NCBI GenBank assembly: GCA_963763885.1
Contig: CAVXQD010000003.1
Coordinates: 140,085 to 204,084 of the forward strand
Source: an uncultured Acidimicrobiales bacterium
Lineage (GTDB): Bacteria; Actinomycetota; Acidimicrobiia; Acidimicrobiales; JANYDT01
DNA length: 64,000 nucleotides
Reading direction: 5' to 3'
A model generated the notes under the pieces. It was given only the letters and a program-made list of their open reading frames with translations. It was not told the DNA's origin and did not search any database. Positions 1 to 7,915 of this stretch are shown in pieces (positions within the stretch are counted from its first letter, which is position 1; each line of letters opens with the position of its first letter). A program made the translations under genes and the position numbers.

Positions 1-612
1 GTCAGCGGATCGTTAACCACGGCAATGGTCGCGGCTTCCATCTTGAAGAAGCAGCCAGGCTCCAAGGTTGTTCACAACCTCATCTGCTCCAAGGCAGTCA
101 GCGAAGTTGTGAAGGAAAACGGCGGCACGCCTGTCCGTACACGTGTTGGCCACAGCTTCATCAAACAGGTGATGGCAGAAACCGGTGCCGTGTTCGGCGG
201 CGAGCACAGCGGCCACTACTACTTCCGTGAGAACTGGCGCGCTGACTCGGGCCTGATCGCTGCGTTGCACGTCATCGAGTTGTTGTCCGAACAGGGCGAC
301 TCTGGCGCCAAGTTGTCAACGCTGCGCATTCCGTTCGAGCGTTACGTCGGCTCTGGCGAAATCAACACGAAGGTTGCATCGCCCAAGGTTGTGATGGCTC
401 GCATCGAGCAGGCGTACGCCGGCAAGGGCGCAACGGTCGATCATCTCGACGGTCTCACGGTTGATTTCGGCGGATGGTGGTTCAACCTCCGTCCGTCCAA
501 CACCGAGCCGTTGCTGCGCCTCAACCTGGAAGCCGCAACCCAAGCGGATTGCGAGGCCCGCGTTGCTGAGGTCCTCACCCTTGTGACTGGGCTGGCGGCA
601 GCCAAGGACTGA
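1..612 (+). CDS. phosphomannomutase/phosphoglucomutase, C-terminal part (5' end outside window)
   Basis: Frame 1 is open from nt 1. Translation ...GHSFIKQVMAETGAVFGGEHSGHYYFRENWRADSG... and ...DGLTVDFGGWWFNLRPSNTEPLLRLNLEA is typical of alpha-D-phosphohexomutase domains III-IV. Confidence 0.85.
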   Translation, partial: VSGSLTTAMVAASILKKQPGSKVVHNLICSKAVSEVVKENGGTPVRTRVGHSFIKQVMAETGAVFGGEHSGHYYFRENWRADSGLIAALHVIELLSEQGDSGAKLSTLRIPFERYVGSGEINTKVASPKVVMARIEQAYAGKGATVDHLDGLTVDFGGWWFNLRPSNTEPLLRLNLEAATQADCEARVAEVLTLVTGLAAAKD

Positions 613-1441
613 CGCCCTGTTGGGACGGTTGCTGTTGAGACGCTGATAGGGGCGGCGCCAGCGGAACAGTCTGTGCTCGTGACCGTCGGTCACGGGCCCG
701 CCACGCAAGACCCCACAGGAAACCAACCACAAAACCGCCCACGTGGGCACCCCAAGCCACGCCACTGTTCTCGCTCATTATAAGGAACTGGCTGGCGATC
801 CAGAGCCCAAGTACCCAACTGGCGGAAACCTTCCGCAAGCCCATCCACGGTGTCACCACTTTGATGCGCATCTTTGGATACAACGCCAGGTAGGCGCCCA
901 TCACGGCCGCGATTGCACCCGATGCGCCCACCACCGGCACGGTGGAGTTGGGGTCAACCAGGATGTGGGCAAGGTCGCTCATGATGCCGCCAAAGAAGTA
1001 CAGCAGCGCAAACCTGATGCGGCCGCGGCTGTCTTCGATGTTGTTGCCAAACACCCACAGGAACAGCATGTTGCCGAACAGGTGGGCAAGGCTGCCGTGG
1101 AGAAACATGCTGAACGCAAGGCCCAGGTAGACGGGTTTGCCGGGGTTCAGGAGCTGTTGGTTGCCCGTGATCTTGCATGACGATCCGCTGCTTGCCGTGG
1201 GCCCGAACGTTGCGTCGAACTCAGCCTGCGTGAGTGACCGGCCCTGGATGATCTCGCACGGCACGGTGGCCCAATCCAGGGAGAACTGGAGGTCGTTTGA
1301 TGCAACGCGCGGGTCGGTGAGGTTAAACGTGTTCCGCCCGACCGGCTGGAGGATCAAATAAATAAGCGTGCATATTGCGATGATGCTGAGCGTGAGCCAT
1401 GGCTTGTGACGGAGCGGGTTCTCGTCGGCGATAGGGATCAT
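575..1441 (-). CDS. rhomboid family intramembrane serine protease
   Basis: Multi-TM protein with HLFGNMLFLWVFG and VVGASGAIAAVMGAYL (GxSG) motifs. Start set at ATG 1441, which forms an ATGA overlap with the stop of the upstream gene; the longer ORF to 1555 has no family support. Confidence 0.85.
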   Translation of the reverse strand: MIPIADENPLRHKPWLTLSIIAICTLIYLILQPVGRNTFNLTDPRVASNDLQFSLDWATVPCEIIQGRSLTQAEFDATFGPTASSGSSCKITGNQQLLNPGKPVYLGLAFSMFLHGSLAHLFGNMLFLWVFGNNIEDSRGRIRFALLYFFGGIMSDLAHILVDPNSTVPVVGASGAIAAVMGAYLALYPKMRIKVVTPWMGLRKVSASWVLGLWIASQFLIMSENSGVAWGAHVGGFVVGFLWGLAWRARDRRSRAQTVPLAPPLSASQQQPSQQGVSPWLPPAQSQG

Positions 1442-2046
1442 TGCGAACGCCAGGCGGAGGGCTGACGGATTGGGAGCGGCGAGGTCCAGCCGGTCCAGGT
1501 GCTGCCGTCGAACCAGCGCAGTGAACGGATGGGATCCCACGGGTCGACAAACCATCCGGGCGGCGATGTCGGCCCGATCGGGTACGTCCAGCCAGAATAT
1601 TGCCCTGCAGCCGGGGCAGACCGGACCCGTGCGATGCCGGCGATCAACGCGGCAATGAGTTCGTCACGGTTGTTGGTCCCAAGGGACAAATAAACGCGTT
1701 GGCCGCGGTGGTTCTTCCCGCGCAGGCCAACGGCAGTTGAGGTCCAGAACGGCACGCATGTGAGGCGGCGACTGGAGAACCAGAACCATGGCCACACGTT
1801 GCGCGGCTGCCCAAGGGTTGAGGGGTCAAGCCAGCCGAGGGGCATTTTCTTGCTTCCAACAGATACGAAGTGATCGTCGATCCGAATGTCTGCTCGGCTG
1901 AAACGCAGCAGGCTGTACGCCCAGGCGAGGGTGACGAACGGGAGCAGGACGATGCTTCCGGCGATCGCAACCGCAACACCGACGGCGAGCAGCCACCACA
2001 GTTGACGCGGCCGGATGGACAGGTGCTCGTAGTAGTGCAGCATCAT
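1438..2046 (-). CDS. membrane protein with C-terminal DUF2510-like WxDP...W(F/W)DG..WT motif
   Basis: Two N-terminal TM helices (LWWLLAVGVAVAIAGSIVLLPFVTLAWAY) and a C-terminal GWFVDPWDPIRSLRWFDGSTWTGW. Stop overlaps the rhomboid start. Start uncertain (ATG 2046 or ORF start 2085). Confidence 0.6.
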   Translation of the reverse strand: MMLHYYEHLSIRPRQLWWLLAVGVAVAIAGSIVLLPFVTLAWAYSLLRFSRADIRIDDHFVSVGSKKMPLGWLDPSTLGQPRNVWPWFWFSSRRLTCVPFWTSTAVGLRGKNHRGQRVYLSLGTNNRDELIAALIAGIARVRSAPAAGQYSGWTYPIGPTSPPGWFVDPWDPIRSLRWFDGSTWTGWTSPLPIRQPSAWRSQ

Positions 2047-2309
2047 GCGTAAAGCATTCAAGCAGGTGGAGCTTTCAAGCAGCACTCAAGTGACACGTGA
2101 GCATCTACAATCGGTAGGTCACGTTCGGACCGTGCCAACGTAAGTGTCAAATCGCAGCAACCGCGACTCTCTGAAGTTGCAGCAAGGTTGCGGCAAGACA
2201 CCAAGCGTTCGGCGTGGTTGTCACCCGGTGCTCCGGGCCGACAGACTCACACCCGTAATCCAGCCGTTGGCCCTGCCGACCTGGTTTCCCCCTTTACAAG
2301 GAGAACGAC

Positions 2310-3785
<1,476 letters not shown>

Positions 3786-3790
3786 GGCGC

Positions 3791-4036
3791 ATGACCATGT
3801 CTGGATCACTTGCCCCGCTGCTCATCGAGCTTCTCGTATGCCCTGAGGATCGCCTGCCGCTCCTCTACGTCCCAGAGCACAACGTGCTTTACAACGATCG
3901 CCTGCACCGCATCTATGCGGTCATCGAAGGCATCCCAGACCTGCTGATCGACGACGCAACCTCGGCCACCGACGAACAGCACACGACGTTTCTTGCATCG
4001 CCCGGTGCAGTCCGCACCGGTTCACCAGCGGCCTAA
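3791..4036 (+). CDS. Trm112/UPF0434 family small protein
   Basis: 81 aa; LLIELLVCPEDRLPLLYVPEHNVLYNDRLHRIYAVIEGIPDLLIDDA fits the Trm112p-like zinc-ribbon-derived fold pattern. Confidence 0.7.
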   Translation: MTMSGSLAPLLIELLVCPEDRLPLLYVPEHNVLYNDRLHRIYAVIEGIPDLLIDDATSATDEQHTTFLASPGAVRTGSPAA

Positions 4037-4134
4037 ATCGCCGCGAGAGAGGTTGCCCCCACCTGTGGGCGCGGCCGAGTGGTGAGCGGAGGGATCGGAG
4101 CGAATCCGAGGTGAGCAACCCGTCGTTGCTGGGG

Positions 4135-4171
4135 GCAATCCACCTCCTAACGGCGTTGCGAGGTGGATTGC
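4135..4171 (-). terminator. perfect 12-bp inverted repeat 5 nt downstream of the Prx-like gene stop
   Basis: gcaatccacctc (4135-4146) / gaggtggattgc (4160-4171), 13-nt loop. No U-tract, so the terminator role is tentative. Lies between convergent genes. Confidence 0.4.
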
Positions 4172-4175
4172 AGCG

Positions 4176-4652
4176 TTAGTCGCCGAGCTTGGCCAGATGA
4201 CGGCCAAGCTCGCTTGGTTTCACCAAATCCCACTGCTGATTACCAATGGTGTCGAAGGCGACTTTGCCGTCGCTTCCAATGACGAACAGCCCTGGTTGTT
4301 GGCCAAGTGACGCCATGCGGCTGGTGACGTCGTACGCGTCGAAGACGGCTCCGTCTGGGTCCGCGAGCAGCGTGAACGGGTAGTCGTTCGTCAAGAGGTG
4401 CCGGCGCAATCCAACGACTGTGTCTGGGGCGATGGCCACCATGATTGCGCCGTCGGCTGTTAGTGCTTGATGAGCCTCACGCAACTGCGCAAGGTGCTTG
4501 CGGCAAAACGGTCAAAAGAACCCTCTGAGGAAGACCAACACGACCGGCCCGTCTGCGTCCGCCAACCGCCACCGAGTCCCGTCCGCCTGTTCGAGGTCAA
4601 TTGCGGGTGCAACTGCACCCACAGAAGCGGTACGAGAACTCCGAGAAGACAT
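4176..4652 (-). CDS. peroxiredoxin-like (AhpC/TSA, redoxin) protein with in-frame TGA at the catalytic Cys position: candidate selenoprotein, or nonsense pseudogene
   Basis: Reading the minus strand from ATG 4652: MSSRSSRTASVGAVAPAIDLEQADGTRWRLADADGPVVLVFLRGFF-TGA-PFCRKHLAQLREAHQALTADGAIMVAIAP.... The TGA (4514-4512) aligns with the first Cys of the WCPxC/FCPFC redox motif. The ORF track reports only the downstream part (4176..4484). Confidence 0.5.
4475..4494 (-). promoter_or_regulatory. SECIS-like hairpin candidate downstream of the in-frame TGA
   Basis: mRNA nt +18 to +37 after UGA: CCUUGCGC-AGUU-GCGUGAGG. This is 8 bp including 2 G-U pairs, with a 4-nt apical loop that has G at position 2. 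The distance fits bacterial SECIS spacing. An alternative hairpin CGCAAG-CAC-CUUGCG lies at +10 to +24. Confidence 0.3.
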
Positions 4653-4687
4653 CCGCCCAGTCTGCTGCACTGCGCCCATCAACACCT

Positions 4688-4767
4688 ACTTCGCGTCCCC
4701 CACGTGCCTTCGCGTCCCCGGAGGGACGACACTGGGGGGACGCGAAGGCACACTGGGGACGCGACGT
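4688..4767. repeat. 32-bp imperfect inverted repeat (28/32) with 16-nt loop in a divergent intergenic region
   Basis: Left arm acttcgcgtcccccacgtgccttcgcgtcccc (4688-4719); right arm ggggacgcgaaggcacactggggacgcgacgt (4736-4767). Each arm holds two copies of the cttcgcgtcccc unit. Confidence 0.85.
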
Positions 4768-4772
4768 CGACC

Positions 4773-4853
4773 GTCGGTTCGTTTGTCAGAGGGCTGGCTG
4801 TCACATCGGTTCGTTTGTCAGAGGAGTTGGCTGTCACATGGTTGGCTGTCACA
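4773..4853. repeat. tandem direct repeats (2 x ~33 bp plus a 15-bp partial unit)
   Basis: tcggttcgtttgtcagagg[gc/agt]tggctgtcaca at 4773-4805 and 4806-4838, then tggttggctgtcaca at 4839-4853. The motif GGCTGTCACA occurs three times. Confidence 0.85.
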
Positions 4854-4875
4854 GGGGTTGGTGCACGATGCGCAC

Positions 4876-5592
4876 ATGTGGAAATCGGGTCAGGCTGTTT
4901 TGGGCACCAACAACGCGGGCGTTGTAGAGGTGTTGTTTCCCGCTCGGTGCGCTATCTGTGGATCGACTCGGTCCACAGGTTCCACTGGGTTATCTCCCTG
5001 TCGGAAGTGCGTGGTGCCCATTCGGGTGCGTTCGCTTCCCTTATGTCCGGCTGCGCCGTTGTGGTGCGCCACGGTGGTCTCGCCGTTTGCTTATGACGGA
5101 GCGGTGCGGACGTTGATCACTGCGGCGAAGTACCGAGGCAATACTCGGGCGCTGGTGTTTCTGGCCGGCCGCATGGCCGAGGCTGTCCTTGAGTCCCGCC
5201 CGGAAATCACATGCCTCGCCACCTCCGCTGCCTTTGGGGGCGAAACGGTGGTCACCTGGGCGCCGACCTCTCCACAACGTCGCCGACGCCGTGGCTATGA
5301 CCAGGCGCAGGTTCTTGCCCAGCACACAGCGATGCTTCTGGGCTTGCGCTGCCAACGTCTCCTTGTTCATCGGTCAGATCGTCGCGCCCAAACTGGTTCC
5401 ACCAGGGAAGAGCGCTCACAACGAGCAGAGCGGTTTCGGCTTCTGGAGGGGTCTGATGGGTTGGAACTGGGGCAGGTTCTCCTCGTTGACGATGTGATGA
5501 CCACGGGCGCCACCCTCAGCGACGCTGCCCGGGTACTTCGCGATGCGGGAGCACCGTGCGTGAACGCCCTCGTGGCAGCGGTGAAGCTCTAA
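4876..5592 (+). CDS. ComF family phosphoribosyltransferase-domain protein
   Basis: N-terminal Cys pairs (ARCAICGS...CRKC) and a C-terminal PRTase motif VLLVDDVMTTGATLSDAARVLRDAG. Start set at ATG 4876; the 126 codons further upstream in the ORF run through the repeat region. Confidence 0.75.
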   Translation: MWKSGQAVLGTNNAGVVEVLFPARCAICGSTRSTGSTGLSPCRKCVVPIRVRSLPLCPAAPLWCATVVSPFAYDGAVRTLITAAKYRGNTRALVFLAGRMAEAVLESRPEITCLATSAAFGGETVVTWAPTSPQRRRRRGYDQAQVLAQHTAMLLGLRCQRLLVHRSDRRAQTGSTREERSQRAERFRLLEGSDGLELGQVLLVDDVMTTGATLSDAARVLRDAGAPCVNALVAAVKL

Positions 5593-5792
5593 CGCGTCTG
5601 GGGCGCCCGCCGTTCACCCAAAACAACGCAACATGACACGAGCGTCACCGAATCGTCACACAACTGGTAGTTGCGAAACGGGTAGTCCGCGTGCGTACGA
5701 TGCGTTATGGGAGTTGAACCCAAAGGCGTCCGCCGGTGAATCCGTCAGATGTCGCAGGCTGCCACCACGCAGCATCCAGTTGTATGAATCCG

Positions 5793-5831
5793 AACGACCT
5801 CTGGCCGATGGCCCGGGGTCGTTGTGTTTTT
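5793..5831 (+). terminator. hairpin plus T-run in the comF-hpf spacer (terminator or leader structure)
   Basis: aacgacc (5793-5799) ... ggtcgtt (5817-5823), followed by gtgttttt. Confidence 0.45.
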
Positions 5832-5894
5832 CGAGCATTCGCAGCAACGTCAGTTTCCCAAAACGAAATCAACGACCAATCCGAAGGAGCACCA

Positions 5895-6497
5895 ATGGTG
5901 CATATCAGCATCCGTCATCGCAACGTCAGCATCGACGACATTGTGAAGGCGTCAGCCAACGAAAAGATCACCCGCCTGTCCCGTTTTCTCCCGGGCATGG
6001 ACACTGCAGAGGTCGGTTTCTCCGAGGAACCGAATCCGAGAGTTGGACATGGGCGGCGCGAAGTGTGTGAGGCGACCATGCGTGGCAACGGCCATATCGT
6101 GCGTGCCCGAGCCGCCGCTGCTACTCAGCAGGCTGCACTTGATCTCGTTGTTGCAAAGCTTGAGAACCAGTTGGTCAAGGTCAAAGGGAAGGTAGACATA
6201 CGTCAGCACGGTGGCCCGAAGGCTGGCCATCACCATTCGGCTGGTTTGCACGAGACGCCACCGGCGGCCGTCTTGTTGCTGGAGCCGCTGGCAGCGGAAG
6301 CCGAGCCGGACAACGTCGCCAAGATTGTGCGGCGCAAGCAGTTCGAAGTGAGTGCAATGACCGCAGACGACGCGGCACTGCGGATGGACCTCCTGCAGCA
6401 CGACTTCTATCTCTTCACCAACGTGGAGACGGGCCGGGCCGCTGTTGTGTATCGCCGGGAAGATGGCCACCTCGGCCTGATCGACGCCGCCGCTTGA
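5895..6497 (+). CDS. hpf: ribosome hibernation promoting factor (long form)
   Basis: MVHISIRHRNVSIDDIVKASANEKITRLSRFLP... (sigma-54 modulation/S30EA domain). C-terminal dimerisation domain KIVRRKQFEVSAMTADDAALRMDLLQHDFYLFTNVETGRAAVVYRREDGHLGLI. RBS GAAGGAG lies 5 nt upstream. Confidence 0.9.
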   Translation: MVHISIRHRNVSIDDIVKASANEKITRLSRFLPGMDTAEVGFSEEPNPRVGHGRREVCEATMRGNGHIVRARAAAATQQAALDLVVAKLENQLVKVKGKVDIRQHGGPKAGHHHSAGLHETPPAAVLLLEPLAAEAEPDNVAKIVRRKQFEVSAMTADDAALRMDLLQHDFYLFTNVETGRAAVVYRREDGHLGLIDAAA

Positions 6498-6557
6498 GCT
6501 TGAGCGAGCACGTGAGGTAATCCCAACCCCGCCGTCATCTGCTGATCGGCGAACGCG

Positions 6558-6597
6558 AATCAGGTCCCGAAACCCGCTGGGCGGGCGGGACCTGATT
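6558..6597. terminator. bidirectional terminator hairpin between convergent hpf and adh
   Basis: aatcaggtcccg (6558-6569) / cgggacctgatt (6586-6597), with an inner cccgc/gcggg stem, followed by tgtttg. Confidence 0.65.
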
Positions 6598-6627
6598 TGT
6601 TTGCGGGCTGCTTGTTGCGAAACAGCG

Positions 6628-7758
6628 TTAGGTGCGGTGGATCAACACGCCACGGAGGTTCTTGCCCGCGTGCATGTCGGCGTAGCCCTCGTTGAGCGTC
6701 TCGAGGGTGTAGGTCTTGGTGACCAACTCGTCGAGCTTCAACGTGCCGGCTTGGTACATCGACAAGTACCGAAGAATGTCCTTCGATGGGCTGGACTCGC
6801 CGAACAGCGATCCCTGGATTCGCTTCTGGAACAACGTGAGCATGCCGGGAGAAATTGGAATGCCCGTTTCGGTGAGGTCGCCGAGCCCGGTCACCACAAC
6901 GGTGCCGGCCTTGCGGATTGCGTCGAACGCCTGGGCTATGTGCTCGCCCTTGGTGACTCCAACGGTGACGATGGCGGAATCGGCGCCCTGACCGTTAGTT
7001 ACCGATTGGGCGAACGCCATGGCATCGACCATGTTGCTGAACGCGTGCGTTGCTCCGAGTTCCATCGCCTTTTCGCGCTTGAACTCGACTGGGTCAACGG
7101 CGATGACGTGGCTTGCGCCCTTGATCGCGGCACCCTGCACGGCGTTGATACCAATGCCGCCGATTCCCATCACGATGACCGTGTCGCCGGGCTTGACGTT
7201 GGCGGAGTTCTCCGCTGATCCGAATCCGGTGCCGACGCCGCAACCGACGAGGCATGCCTTGTCCAACGGGATGTCCTTCGAGATTTTGACGGCGTTCTCC
7301 GTTGAACAAACGGTGTACTCGGCGAAGGTTGAGATGCCACACATCTGCCCGACCGGCTGGCCGTTATAGGTCATGCGGTAGCTGAGGTCGGCGCGTGAAC
7401 CGAGGAGGAGCGTGGCGCCGCTGTCGCACAGGTTCTGCATGCCGCTTGCGCACCAACGGCAGCGACCGCAGCCGGGGAGGAACGACATGACCACGTGGTC
7501 GCCGATTTCGAACCCGGTTGTGTTGGGTCCGATCGCATCGACGATGCCGGCGCCTTCGTGGCCGCCGCAGACGGGGTAGGTGCCGAACGGGATGTCACCC
7601 GTTGCGAGGTGGTCATCGGAGTGGCAAAGCCCCGATGCAACCATCTTGAGGCGAAGTTCGCCCTGGCGTGGTTCGTCGAGGTCTACCTCGACGACTTCCC
7701 ACTTGCCGGCTACCGGTTTGACCGGCATCGACAACATGACTCCTGCTCGTACCTTCAT
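6628..7758 (-). CDS. zinc-dependent alcohol dehydrogenase (NDMA-dependent ADH-like)
   Basis: MKVRAGVML...ASGLCHSDDHLATGDIPFGTYPVCGGHEGAGIV...PGCGRCRWCASGMQNLCD, Rossmann motif VIVMGIGGIGINAVQG. Start at ATG 7758 with AGGAGA upstream. Confidence 0.9.
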   Translation of the reverse strand: MKVRAGVMLSMPVKPVAGKWEVVEVDLDEPRQGELRLKMVASGLCHSDDHLATGDIPFGTYPVCGGHEGAGIVDAIGPNTTGFEIGDHVVMSFLPGCGRCRWCASGMQNLCDSGATLLLGSRADLSYRMTYNGQPVGQMCGISTFAEYTVCSTENAVKISKDIPLDKACLVGCGVGTGFGSAENSANVKPGDTVIVMGIGGIGINAVQGAAIKGASHVIAVDPVEFKREKAMELGATHAFSNMVDAMAFAQSVTNGQGADSAIVTVGVTKGEHIAQAFDAIRKAGTVVVTGLGDLTETGIPISPGMLTLFQKRIQGSLFGESSPSKDILRYLSMYQAGTLKLDELVTKTYTLETLNEGYADMHAGKNLRGVLIHRT

Positions 7759-7915
7759 GGGTTCTCCTGACATGAGCTGCCGAGCGATTCGTCGGCTCTT
7801 GGGTGGCACTGTAACCAAGGTCACACTCGCCATTGCACTCGGGCGTGACCCGCCTTGTCGCTGCGGCAAAGTCGGGTCCCGCCAGACGTCTCAACGCCGG
7901 TACGATGTAGCCCTT

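Noticed and set aside
2100-2309. Possible SAH riboswitch in the ~200-nt leader of ahcY
   Set aside because: I could not find the conserved SAH-riboswitch core as I recall it (AGGCUC... / ...ACGGCGCUCA-type segments) or a convincing P1/P2 pseudoknot arrangement. Only generic GC-rich sequence is present. A covariance-model scan (RF01057) would settle it.
4498-4875. N-terminal 126-codon extension of the ComF ORF (and ORF 4467-5096)
   Set aside because: The extension runs through the palindrome and tandem repeats and antisense to the Prx-like gene. ComF homology starts only at about 4900, so ATG 4876 was chosen.
7580-7915. Upstream extension of the SecA ORF to 7580
   Set aside because: It overlaps the 5' part of the adh gene on the other strand and has no SecA similarity. 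The canonical SecA N-terminus MSIFKRIL... begins at 7916.
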